A DNA stretch of 64,000 nucleotides from Emcibacteraceae bacterium (GCA_041396985.1 JAWKXO010000001.1:59778-123777), one strand, 5' to 3'; positions 46,468 to 55,613 are shown, counted from the stretch's first letter. The notes: a model not told the origin generated them from the sequence alone. A program made the numbers and translations.

Positions 46468-48879
46468 ATGTTTCGCACAGTCATCCTATTCGTTTCATTA
46501 AGCCTTTCAATGTCAGCATTTACCAGTGCGCAGGTACAGCAGACCAAAGGGGATTTTGTTGATAAATTCAGACAACTGGATGAAATTCTGCCGACGGCCA
46601 ATACATACAGAACCGCAGGTGGTGAGCCCGGCCATGAATATTGGCAGCAGCGTGCCGATTATGTAATAAAAGCAACGTTGGACGAAAAAAAACACCGCAT
46701 TGATGGCAATGTTGAAATTACCTATCATAATAACTCTCCTGACACGATGCGCTTTTTATGGGTTCAGCTTGACCAGAACCGTTTTAAAAAAGACAGCATG
46801 GAAAATAGCACGGCGACCTTTGCCTCTCCTGCCAGTTTAAAAGGCTTTGATGCAGACCCGGCCCGTTTAAGCCTTGGTCAGCTTCGTAAACAACAGCAAA
46901 GTGAAGACCAGACGTTCGGCTTTGAAATTAAAGAGGTCAAATCGTCAGGTCGTGATCTGAAATTTACCATAGTCGGCACCAAAATGCGGGTTGATCTGCC
47001 CTCGCCTCTTGCCTCCGGTTCAAGTTACACATTTTCTGTCGGTTACGGCTTTAATATTATTGAAAGCGATGTTATGGGCGGCCGGGGCGGCTATGAACAT
47101 TTCCCGGATGATGAAATTGAAGGTGGCGGCTATATATATGAAGTATCCCAGTGGTATCCACGGATGGGCGCCTATACCGACTATGAAGCCTGGACCGCCA
47201 AGGAATTTCTGGGCAGCGGCGAATTCACGCAGGAGTTTGGAAATTTTGATGTTTCCCTCACCATTCCGGATGACCATGTGGTTTCGGCAACCGGTGTGCT
47301 GCAAAACCCCAATGCTGTATTAACACAGGAACAACGCGATCGGCTTGAGCGGGCGAAAACGGCCGACAGACCGGTTTATGTTGTGACCCCTCAGGAAGCC
47401 CTTGAAAATGAAAAAGAAGGCACCAACGGCACCAAGACATGGCATTTCAAAGCGGATAATGTCCGCGATTTTGCCTGGGCATCCTCCCGCAAATTTGCCT
47501 GGGATGCCAAAGGATATAATCAGGGCGGTGCCGCTAATCCATTCGTAATGGCCATGTCTTTCTTCCCGAAAGAAGGTGGCGAGCTTTGGGAAAAATATTC
47601 AACGGAACTCGTTATCCATACTTTAAAAGTCTATTCCCGCTTTACATTTGATTATCCCTACCCTGTTGCCCAGTCCGTCAACGGACCGGTCGGCGGCATG
47701 GAATATCCGATGATCACCTTTAACGGCCCCAGAACCATTCTGCATGATGATGGCAGCCGCACATATACAGCCGCGGAAAAAGAATTTCTGATCGGCGTGG
47801 TGATCCATGAAATCGGCCATCAGTATTTCCCGATGACCGTCAATTCCGACGAACGGCAATGGACCTGGATGGATGAAGGACTGAACAGTTATCTTGATAG
47901 CGTCGGTGGCCGTGAATGGGATTATAATATGGGCTCAACCGAACCGATGGATGTCATTGACTATATGAAATCCCAGGATCAGGTTCCGGTCATGACCCAG
48001 TCGGACAGCGTCCTTCATCTTGGACCAAATGCCTATACTAAGCCGGCCGTGTCCTTAAATATCCTACGCGAAACCATTTTGGGCCGGGAATTATTCGACT
48101 TCGCGTTTAAAGAATATGCCCGCCGCTGGATGTTCAAGCGCCCGACCCCGTCCGATTTCTTCCGCACGATGGAGGAAGCCTCCGGTGTTGATCTCGACTG
48201 GTTCTTCCGAGGCTGGTACTATACAACGGATCATGTTGATATTTCGCTTGATCATATTTACCAGATGCGTCTGGACACCAAAGATCCGGATATTGATTTT
48301 TCCCGTCGGCGTAATGAATTTAATCAGAAACCGGCTTCCCTTTACATCACCCGCAATCAGGAAGCGGGAATGAAGTCCTGGGTTGAAAGCAACCCGGATG
48401 TCCGTGACTTCCATGATGAAAATGATCAGTTCACCGTCACCAATAAGGAACGTAATGAATATAATGACTTCCTGAAGGGACTGGATGATCGGGACCGTGC
48501 CGTTTTTGAACGTGCGGTCAAGGAGGACAAAAAATATTATGTGCTTGAATTTTCCAACAAGGGCGGTCTTGTTATGCCGATCCTGCTTGAATTTACCTAT
48601 GCGGACGGCAGCACAGAATTTATGAATATTCCGGCCGAAATCTGGCGGCGAAATGCACATTCAGTCAAAAAACTGTTTGTTTTGGATAAGGAAATTGAGC
48701 AGGTCGTTATTGACCCACGCTGGGAAACAGCTGATGTTGATATTGAAAACAATTATTATCCGCGCCGCATCATTCCAAGCCGTATTGAAGCCTACAAAGC
48801 CAAGCCGAGAACAGGTCTTAAGCGTCGTGATATCATGCATGATATTAAAACCGAACTTAAAAAGCCAGATCAGGATTAA
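46468..48879 (+). CDS. Secreted M1-family zinc metallopeptidase
   Basis: Signal peptide, GGMEYP (GxMEN-like exopeptidase motif variant), zinc motif VIHEIGHQYF (HExxH), and downstream WMDEGLNSY (the third ligand Glu). Confidence 0.85.
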   Translation: MFRTVILFVSLSLSMSAFTSAQVQQTKGDFVDKFRQLDEILPTANTYRTAGGEPGHEYWQQRADYVIKATLDEKKHRIDGNVEITYHNNSPDTMRFLWVQLDQNRFKKDSMENSTATFASPASLKGFDADPARLSLGQLRKQQQSEDQTFGFEIKEVKSSGRDLKFTIVGTKMRVDLPSPLASGSSYTFSVGYGFNIIESDVMGGRGGYEHFPDDEIEGGGYIYEVSQWYPRMGAYTDYEAWTAKEFLGSGEFTQEFGNFDVSLTIPDDHVVSATGVLQNPNAVLTQEQRDRLERAKTADRPVYVVTPQEALENEKEGTNGTKTWHFKADNVRDFAWASSRKFAWDAKGYNQGGAANPFVMAMSFFPKEGGELWEKYSTELVIHTLKVYSRFTFDYPYPVAQSVNGPVGGMEYPMITFNGPRTILHDDGSRTYTAAEKEFLIGVVIHEIGHQYFPMTVNSDERQWTWMDEGLNSYLDSVGGREWDYNMGSTEPMDVIDYMKSQDQVPVMTQSDSVLHLGPNAYTKPAVSLNILRETILGRELFDFAFKEYARRWMFKRPTPSDFFRTMEEASGVDLDWFFRGWYYTTDHVDISLDHIYQMRLDTKDPDIDFSRRRNEFNQKPASLYITRNQEAGMKSWVESNPDVRDFHDENDQFTVTNKERNEYNDFLKGLDDRDRAVFERAVKEDKKYYVLEFSNKGGLVMPILLEFTYADGSTEFMNIPAEIWRRNAHSVKKLFVLDKEIEQVVIDPRWETADVDIENNYYPRRIIPSRIEAYKAKPRTGLKRRDIMHDIKTELKKPDQD

Positions 48880-48890
48880 GACTTTATGAA

Positions 48891-49397
48891 ATGAAAAGGC
48901 TCTTCCTTCTTATTCTGATGGTTGCGGGTGTGCTGGTCACACCCGTATCCGCCCACAGGCAACGGGCGGCCCTCACCAAAGTCCTCTTTAATGAACGCAC
49001 CGGCAATATTGAAGTCATGCACCGTTTCTATCTTCATGATACTGAGCATGCTGTAAAAATACTTTTTGATAAAAATGCTGACATCAGAAATTCGGCAGAG
49101 ACCCAGGAACTGTTTGCCAATTATGTCGACTGGCGTTTTGCTCTTAAACCACTGGACGGACCGGAACTGAAATTAAATTCTGTCGGTTTTGAAATTGAGA
49201 GGATTTATTTCTGGGTCTATCAGGAAGTGAAGGCACCAGAAAATATTAAAGGCTTGACGATCATCGACAATGCCCTTAGAGACATCTGGACAGACCAGAT
49301 CAATACAGTCAATGTCGAAGGGCGCGGTGACTTAAAAACGGCCACATTCAGTGGCGATGTGGAAGCGTTATCAGTCGTTTTCGATGACGGGAAATAA
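48891..49397 (+). CDS. Secreted hypothetical protein (possibly a DUF6702-type partner of M1 peptidases)
   Basis: Signal peptide MKRLFLLILMVAGVLVTPVSA. It starts 11 nt after the M1 peptidase stop. The family assignment is from memory only. Confidence 0.5.
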   Translation: MKRLFLLILMVAGVLVTPVSAHRQRAALTKVLFNERTGNIEVMHRFYLHDTEHAVKILFDKNADIRNSAETQELFANYVDWRFALKPLDGPELKLNSVGFEIERIYFWVYQEVKAPENIKGLTIIDNALRDIWTDQINTVNVEGRGDLKTATFSGDVEALSVVFDDGK

Positions 49398-49400
49398 AAT

Positions 49401-49967
49401 ATGACAATAAAAGATCAGTTGCTTGAACGAAGCAACCATAAATGCGAACTTTGTGGTTCCATAGATGAGCTGGATATATTTGAAGTCGGTCCTGACAGCG
49501 ATGCTACCATTGATCAGACTGTTCTGCTTTGTGACGTATGCAGACATCCGGAAAAAGCCGATGTCCATCATTGGCGCGCACTTGCTGACAGTATGTGGAC
49601 CCCAGTTCCGGCTGTACAGGTTCTTGCCTGGCGCAAGTTAAAAGACCTGAGTGACGAAGCCTGGGCCCGGGATCTGCTGGATATGCTCTATCTTGACGAG
49701 GAAACAGCCGCCTGGGCTGCTGCCGGACCGGAAACGAACGCCGCAGATGATGGCCTTCGTCATATTGACAGTAACGGCGCCCAGCTCAGTGCCGGTGACA
49801 CTGTTATCCTGATAAAAGACCTCAATGTAAAAGGCGCAAATTTTACGGCCAAACGCGGCACCGCCGTCCGCAATATTTCGCTTGATCCAAATAATGAAAA
49901 ACACATAGAAGGCCGGGTTGAAGGTCAGCAGATTGTTATTTTAACCGAATTTGTGAAAAAGAAATAA
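49401..49967 (+). CDS. phnA: PhnA/YjdM-family zinc-ribbon protein
   Basis: N-terminal CxxC...CxxC (KCELCGS...LLCDVCRH). The C-terminal domain is DSNGAQLSAGDTVILIKDLNVKGANFTAKRGTAVRNISL...EFVKKK, as in YjdM. Confidence 0.8.
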   Translation: MTIKDQLLERSNHKCELCGSIDELDIFEVGPDSDATIDQTVLLCDVCRHPEKADVHHWRALADSMWTPVPAVQVLAWRKLKDLSDEAWARDLLDMLYLDEETAAWAAAGPETNAADDGLRHIDSNGAQLSAGDTVILIKDLNVKGANFTAKRGTAVRNISLDPNNEKHIEGRVEGQQIVILTEFVKKK

Positions 49968-49988
49968 ACACTTACAAATTCAGTCAGA

Positions 49989-50483
49989 TTAATATTTTCC
50001 GTGTTTTGGGAGCTCAATGACCACTTTCTTGCGTGACTCACTGAGTGGGTCTCCCCCCATCAGCACCTGTCCATCATCGGTATAACGGATTACACCTGCT
50101 GCAGGTTTTTTATGAACTTTCTGTTTCTTTTGGTGGGGGTCCACAAAACTGTCATGATCATGGGCTTTTCTTATTTCATGATTTCTGACAATTTTCTGGC
50201 ATTTACCGACAACGCTCTGCACTTTTTCATGCATGCGTTCAAATTCTTCCACTTTCTTTTTATAATCACTTAAGATATCCGGTGCTTTCGCAAGAACGAC
50301 CTTATTGGCCGCGAAATCCATTATTTCCCGTTCTGAAAATAACTCAGGCTGTTCACGCATTGCTTTCTCTGCCTCAGCAATACCGCTCTGCGCATAATGG
50401 AGCAGTAAATCCATTGTCTGCTCCCCTTCAACAAAATTTTTGCTTTGATTGTTGTCAAAAGTAATTGGCTGTTTTTTTGTCAT
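49989..50483 (-). CDS. Hypothetical protein, paralog of 50505..50930
   Basis: 164 aa. Shares the block D(L/M)LLHYA..G...AE......PELFS..EI..F..NK..L..AP with its neighbour. Predicted helical. The C-terminus is basic. Confidence 0.5.
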   Translation of the reverse strand: MTKKQPITFDNNQSKNFVEGEQTMDLLLHYAQSGIAEAEKAMREQPELFSEREIMDFAANKVVLAKAPDILSDYKKKVEEFERMHEKVQSVVGKCQKIVRNHEIRKAHDHDSFVDPHQKKQKVHKKPAAGVIRYTDDGQVLMGGDPLSESRKKVVIELPKHGKY

Positions 50484-50504
50484 TATTATCCCTGCCTGAA
50501 CTGA

Positions 50505-50930
50505 TCAGGATACCCCTCTTTTAAGCACCAGGTCTCCATCTTCGTTGTAACTGAAGACCTTTGCTTCTTTCAGAACCTTGTTGATTTCCTGCTTTGCCTG
50601 TTCATCGCCAGCGGCAACGATCTCCTCACATTTCCTTAAGATACCGATCATTTTTTTATGAAGGGCATCATATTCAGCCATTTTAGATTTATAGCTGTTA
50701 ATAAGATATGGTGCCTGCTCAAGCATATTTTTATTCTGATCAAAGGCAGCAATTTCGGCAGGACTGAACAGCTCCGGAGAGTCTTTTAAAGACTGTTCTG
50801 CATATTCCATCCCCGCCTTGGCATAATGAAGCAGCATATCAAGAGTATCATCATCCTGACTGTCCCCGACAACCTGCTTTTTGCGACCAAAAATGACCGG
50901 TTTTTTTGCTCTAAAATTATTCAGTGCCAC
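50505..50930 (-). CDS. Hypothetical protein, paralog of 49989..50483
   Basis: 141 aa. See the shared blocks above. The C-terminal VFSYNEDGDLVL parallels VIRYTDDGQVLM in the neighbour. Confidence 0.5.
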   Translation of the reverse strand: MALNNFRAKKPVIFGRKKQVVGDSQDDDTLDMLLHYAKAGMEYAEQSLKDSPELFSPAEIAAFDQNKNMLEQAPYLINSYKSKMAEYDALHKKMIGILRKCEEIVAAGDEQAKQEINKVLKEAKVFSYNEDGDLVLKRGVS

Positions 50931-51015
50931 GTTACATTTATCCTTAAACTGATCTATAAAATCAGCTTAAGACTAAATTCTTAGAAAAGTGTAAACAAAT
51001 GAAGAATTTAATATG

Positions 51016-51234
51016 CTATTTTAAGATCGGATGTTTATCCTGAAATTTCTTGATTTCATCACTTGACGCTTCCCTGTATAAATTCCTGCCAACAGCCAGA
51101 AACAGCAGCGCCTCTTTCGACTTGCTCACCAATCCCCCATATTCAGAATATCCACTAGTGACAATGAAATAGTCCCCCAATTTAACCGACATATTCATAC
51201 TAACTCCCATACCAACTTTGATAATATTGTTCAC
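51016..51234 (-). CDS. Small hypothetical protein
   Basis: 72 aa ORF with a GTG start, or internal ATG alternatives. It is co-oriented with the two paralogs. No motif recognised. Confidence 0.3.
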   Translation of the reverse strand: MNNIIKVGMGVSMNMSVKLGDYFIVTSGYSEYGGLVSKSKEALLFLAVGRNLYREASSDEIKKFQDKHPILK

Positions 51235-51540
51235 CGGTTGATTATGCAGAATAATTTGTCATCAGTATGTCAAAAATATGTTTATTTAATTGCCTACCCC
51301 TGACAGCATAATGCAAACCCCCTTAACCCTTTGTATTTTGATCATGAATATAATACAAAAAGTTGTACTCTTGGAAATATAACTCTATCTATAATATTAT
51401 ACATCGTCAACACATAAAAAATAAATTTTTTAATATATTCTACTATTAGTTTTGATATATTTTTAAAACATTTATTTTTTTATTTATTATTTCAATATAT
51501 TATGGTATATTTATAGAAATTATTCTACGGATATATTATA

Positions 51541-52161
51541 ATGAAATTTATAAACATACTACTTTTTAGTGTATTTTTATTTGTCGCAATTATAACAATG
51601 AACAGCTATAGTTTTGGCAGTCATTCCGATCCACTTTATGGTATAAAAATCCGCGCCATAAATTTGTCTGTTCCCTATGAAAGACGCCTTTATGCCTATG
51701 GTGAGGACAGTGACCATGATGGCCAGAATACGAGAGCAGAAATCCTGATCAGGAAATCACTCTCTCCTGTCACTTTCACCAATGACAAAAAAAGAACGGT
51801 AAAGTCCGGACGATGGTTTGACAGTTATACCGGTGTTACCTTTAAATCGGCAAAGGATGTCGATATTGATCATCTGGTCCCTCTTTATGAAGTTCACATC
51901 AGCGGCGGCTATGCCTGGAGTGCTGAGAAAAAGCAATCCTATGCCAATGATCTTGGGCCGCAAAGCCCACTTAGGATCACACATCGCTGGACCAACCGCA
52001 TCCCAAAAAATACCGATGATCCAAGCCGATATTCACCGTCTTATGTTCCTGGCCGCTGTGCCTACTTACAGGACTGGATAGATATAAAAAGAAAATGGAA
52101 TTTAAGCATGGATGCAGCAGAAGCCGATGCCATCAGAAAACAATTTAGTGCCTGTCATTGA
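51541..52161 (+). CDS. Secreted HNH-type nuclease-domain protein (DUF1524/GmrSD C-terminal-like)
   Basis: Signal or anchor MKFINILLFSVFLFVAIITM. The pattern DSDHDGQNTRAEILIR...GRWFDSYTGVTF...VDIDHLVPL...W...YANDL..PLRITHRWTN is typical of DUF1524 His-Me finger proteins. Confidence 0.7.
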   Translation: MKFINILLFSVFLFVAIITMNSYSFGSHSDPLYGIKIRAINLSVPYERRLYAYGEDSDHDGQNTRAEILIRKSLSPVTFTNDKKRTVKSGRWFDSYTGVTFKSAKDVDIDHLVPLYEVHISGGYAWSAEKKQSYANDLGPQSPLRITHRWTNRIPKNTDDPSRYSPSYVPGRCAYLQDWIDIKRKWNLSMDAAEADAIRKQFSACH

Positions 52162-52951
52162 ATTCCAGAGTAATTTCTTTTTCCTGCCCGTCTTTTAGCA
52201 TCGACAACACGACTTTTGTACCGTTGACATCAAGAGCCTGAATTTTTGAGACGGCATCGTCACCATTTATTATTTTACTTCCGTTAATTGCCAGAAGAAC
52301 ATCCCCACGGACGATATCCGCCAGAAAAGCGGGTGAATTGCTCAGCACGACGTCAATGACAGCGCCGGTATTTCGCTTATAAGTCATCCGGTCTCCAGGA
52401 TTTAAATCACGCATAAGTATACCGAGCTTATGTCGCTGCAAAGATTTAACCATGTAAACCGCCCACTGATCAAACTTATCATACTGACGCATATAAGGTA
52501 CCGTTACCGTGTCCCGAACGGTGACGGCTTCCGTAACATTGACCGTTTTGCCGTTTATAGTTCTTACATTGTTTACAAAAACCGTGTGATATACATCCTG
52601 ATAATCATAATCCAGCCTGCTTTCCGTTCCGGTATAGGCGGAAGAGACAATAACATGGGTAGCCCTGACCTCCTTCGCCTGCTTTACCGCATTTTGCGGA
52701 CTTTCCTGAAGACCATTAAAAGCACTTTCGCCAATGACGATATAATTATGTTCACGGTAGCTTTGCACATCCCGGTCCAGATTATTCGAAAGGATCAGAT
52801 TAGGGTCTTGATCATCCCCCAGCATAACGACATCAGCCGCCATGTCCGGCGTCAGATAACCCTGGTAAGATGATCCGTATGACCCTGCGCCACAGGCGCC
52901 AAGCAACAGTATAAGAGATAAACTGAACAATAGTCTCATGACACACCTCAA
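52145..52951 (-). CDS. Lipoprotein with a C-terminal PDZ domain
   Basis: Lipobox LILLLGACGA. The C-terminal PDZ-like block is ADIVRGDVLLAINGSKIINGDDAVSKIQALDVNGTKVVLSMLKDGQEKEITLEF. Its 3-prime end overlaps the convergent nuclease gene by 17 nt. Confidence 0.65.
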   Translation of the reverse strand: MRCVMRLLFSLSLILLLGACGAGSYGSSYQGYLTPDMAADVVMLGDDQDPNLILSNNLDRDVQSYREHNYIVIGESAFNGLQESPQNAVKQAKEVRATHVIVSSAYTGTESRLDYDYQDVYHTVFVNNVRTINGKTVNVTEAVTVRDTVTVPYMRQYDKFDQWAVYMVKSLQRHKLGILMRDLNPGDRMTYKRNTGAVIDVVLSNSPAFLADIVRGDVLLAINGSKIINGDDAVSKIQALDVNGTKVVLSMLKDGQEKEITLEFNDRH

Positions 52952-53003
52952 TTAATATATCCTCAGCTTATCAGGGAAACCTTAATCATGGCTGAATAGC
53001 CGT

Positions 53004-53507
53004 CTAAAGAGCACTTAAATAGTGTTCAAGAAGTATTTTCCACTCCTTGATAAAGGCCACAAAATCTCCCTGCCCATGGTCTTCAATAAAATCTCGCCCT
53101 TTTTGCGAAAGCCCAATATATTCGTAACATACAGTCACTCTGGTGCGTTGGTTTTCCATCTGTTCACATTTAACAGAGACAATGGCAATTTTATCTTCCG
53201 GTTCAATTTTATAAAACTGCACTAAATAATTCCCGGGGTCATAGCGTTTGACCAGCCAAATGGCATTTGTGGTGGCAAAATCATGATTTGATGTCATAAA
53301 GACATAGTCTTCATGGAGCTCTGTCCCTTCCGAAACGGCAATATAATCCCAGTCCGGCACCCAGAGTTTTTCTCCTTCTGCCGAAAAAAGCGGAAATAAA
53401 ATCTCTGCCTGTTCCATTATCTCAAAGTGGGACTCAAATTTTTTTCTGCTCATTTCGGGATCTCCTGCATTTTTACAGTATATGACAAAACTATTTCCTT
53501 TTCCCAT
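53004..53507 (-). CDS. Hypothetical cytoplasmic protein (possibly SRPBCC-like)
   Basis: 167 aa ORF. The real start may be the internal MSRKKFESHF. The fold guess rests only on length and a beta-rich pattern. Confidence 0.45.
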   Translation of the reverse strand: MGKGNSFVIYCKNAGDPEMSRKKFESHFEIMEQAEILFPLFSAEGEKLWVPDWDYIAVSEGTELHEDYVFMTSNHDFATTNAIWLVKRYDPGNYLVQFYKIEPEDKIAIVSVKCEQMENQRTRVTVCYEYIGLSQKGRDFIEDHGQGDFVAFIKEWKILLEHYLSAL

Positions 53508-53588
53508 CCCTTACAAGAAAAGCTTCAACAAATAAGAATTTAGCACTTGAATAAATCGGGGGAGTATGCGAAATACTCACTTCCTAAT

Positions 53589-53662
53589 GGTGCGGTGGCG
53601 GAGAGGCTACGCAGCGGATTGCAAATCCGTGTACACCGGTTCAAATCCGGTCCGCACCTCCA
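53589..53662 (+). tRNA. tRNA-Cys (anticodon GCA)
   Basis: Manual cloverleaf. The acceptor GGTGCGG pairs with CCGCACC. The anticodon stem is GCGGA/TCCGT and the loop TTGCAAA gives anticodon GCA. The T arm is ACCGG-TTCAAAT-CCGGT. The discriminator is U, followed by an encoded CCA. Confidence 0.9.
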
Positions 53663-53715
53663 TTTTCCCAGAAGTCCAAAAATGCCGGATATTGATCTAC
53701 GGGACCTTTTATCCC

Positions 53716-54891
53716 CTATGAATTAATGGGGAAGGAGAGCTTTACTGTGGTGCCCACATGCTCTTCACTCTCAATTTCCATCTGTGCATCATGTTCACTA
53801 ATCAGTGATTTTACAATGGAAAGGCCAAGGCCAGTGCCGGGGGCCGTTATATCCGCTTCTGCCTGACCCCGGAAAAATGGTTTGGCGATATCTTTCATAA
53901 ATTCCTTGGAAATTCCAATGCCTGTATCCTTGATATTGATTTTTAGAAATTTACCATTGTCATATATGCTTAATATGACCACTGAACCATCATGAGAAAA
54001 CTTAACCGCATTGGAAAGCAGGTTAATCAAAATCTGCTTTATGGACCGCTTGTCAGCATAAATCCTGGGCAGGTTGGCTCCGATGTTGGCTGACATTATA
54101 ATCTGCTTTTCCTGCGCCAGTATATTGACCGTACTCAGACATTCGAGTGCAACATCTTCGAGGTCAATTTCCTCCTTTAGAAAAATCCGCTTCTTTGCCT
54201 CAATCTCGGAAATGTCCAGAACATCATTGATAATATCAAGCAGGTGTCTGCCGCTATTATAGATATCTTCAATATATTCTTCATATTTCGGAATGCCAAT
54301 TTCACCCAGGCTTTTAGATTTGATGATTTCACTGAACCCCAAAATGGCGTTAAGGGGCGTTCTGAACTCATGAGACATCGTTGCCAGAAAATTAGATTTT
54401 AGCTTGCTGGCTTCCTCAGCCATAATTTTTGCATCTTCAAGGGAAGCAAGGGTTGCATGTTTATCACTGATATCACGGGTCACAGCAACCATTTCAATGA
54501 CATGGTCCGGATTATCCCGGTCAAAAATGGGCGCTGCACGCTGACTCATACGTCTTTTGCTTCCGTTTAACCCGGTGATATTAAATTCAATTTCGGATGG
54601 CTTTCCACGATACGCCAGATCAACGCTCTCTTTAAAGAGTTCATGAAACTCAGGATCAACAAGATCAAGAAGACAGGCCCCCTTCACGTCTTCCAGTGAG
54701 CCGGCATCCACCATTTCCAGACCGGCTTCATTCATATCTATGAGTTTATAATCTGAACTGACAATTTTTACGCAATCCGGCTGACTATGGACAATCGCTT
54801 CAAGACGGGCCGCTTGCTTGCGGATTCTGGTCAGTTCCTCAAGATTTTCGGAAGCCTGGTCAATATTTGCTGTTAAGCGGTGGCGCGTCAT
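53716..54891 (-). CDS. Cytoplasmic PAS-domain sensor histidine kinase
   Basis: No TM segment. A PAS region precedes the H-box LATMSHEFRTPLNAILGF, the N box LINLLSNAVKFS, G1 DTGIGIS and G2 GTGLGLSIVK. Confidence 0.85.
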   Translation of the reverse strand: MTRHRLTANIDQASENLEELTRIRKQAARLEAIVHSQPDCVKIVSSDYKLIDMNEAGLEMVDAGSLEDVKGACLLDLVDPEFHELFKESVDLAYRGKPSEIEFNITGLNGSKRRMSQRAAPIFDRDNPDHVIEMVAVTRDISDKHATLASLEDAKIMAEEASKLKSNFLATMSHEFRTPLNAILGFSEIIKSKSLGEIGIPKYEEYIEDIYNSGRHLLDIINDVLDISEIEAKKRIFLKEEIDLEDVALECLSTVNILAQEKQIIMSANIGANLPRIYADKRSIKQILINLLSNAVKFSHDGSVVILSIYDNGKFLKINIKDTGIGISKEFMKDIAKPFFRGQAEADITAPGTGLGLSIVKSLISEHDAQMEIESEEHVGTTVKLSFPINS

Positions 54892-55022
54892 AAAACTACC
54901 TTTTTTATGCTGATAGACTAGACTAACGCCAATTCATTAAAAAAAACTTACCCCTAACGGTCAAATCACTTGTACTTGGCCATTGCCTGCCTTAAAAATA
55001 ACGAAAAGCTTCGAGGTACATT

Positions 55023-55511
55023 ATGCAAAAAGTCATCATTATCAGTTTTATTTACCTGCTCGCGATCTCAACTCTCATGGCCAAACCCAGTGATCAGGAT
55101 ATTGATGCTTCTGTCAAAGAATATGACCTTGCAAACATTGCCATGATGAAAGAGCAGGATCAGGACGCCTATGAGCATTTAAAATCCGCTGTCAAACTTG
55201 ATCCCGGCAATTCTACCTATTTAAATGGGGCGGGCTATATGGCCATGAAACTGGGTGAGTACAACAATTCATTGGATTTTTTGCATAAAGCTCTGGAAAT
55301 AGACAAAAAGGATTTTGGCGATAATCATCCCAATGTGGCCTCTATCCTCAACAATATCGGCTCAGTAAACAGTAAAATGGGAGAACACGATAAAGCTCTG
55401 GAATATTATAACAAAGCTTACACAATCATGGAAAGCAGCCTGGGAGAAAATCATCCGCAGACACAGACGGTAAAAAAAATAAGAGACGAGGAAAAAAAGA
55501 AAACCCTCTAA
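55023..55511 (+). CDS. Secreted tetratricopeptide-repeat protein
   Basis: Signal peptide, then TPR_12-like repeats (YEHLKSAVKLDPGNSTYLNGAGYMAMKLGEYNNSLDFLHKALEI...HPNVASILNNIGSVNSKMGEHDKALEYYNKAYTI). Confidence 0.8.
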   Translation: MQKVIIISFIYLLAISTLMAKPSDQDIDASVKEYDLANIAMMKEQDQDAYEHLKSAVKLDPGNSTYLNGAGYMAMKLGEYNNSLDFLHKALEIDKKDFGDNHPNVASILNNIGSVNSKMGEHDKALEYYNKAYTIMESSLGENHPQTQTVKKIRDEEKKKTL

Positions 55512-55541
55512 AAAATTTCCAGGCAATCAATTGCCAGATCA

Positions 55542-55555
55542 TTGATTGTTATCAA
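55542..55555 (+). promoter_or_regulatory. Perfect FNR/FixK-type box TTGAT-TGTT-ATCAA upstream of the first USP gene
   Basis: Read directly. A TATAAT hexamer at 55578-55583 places the box centre about 41-42 nt upstream of the expected transcription start, which is class II geometry. Confidence 0.7.
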
Positions 55556-55613
55556 TGCATGGATACTGATAAACTGCTATAATTCCTTCAAAAATAAATA
55601 AAAAGGAAGCAAA

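Noticed and set aside
48091-48660. A 189-aa minus-strand ORF.
   Set aside because: It is antisense to the M1 metallopeptidase gene and has no recognisable motif. The M1 frame carries HExxH plus the downstream Glu.
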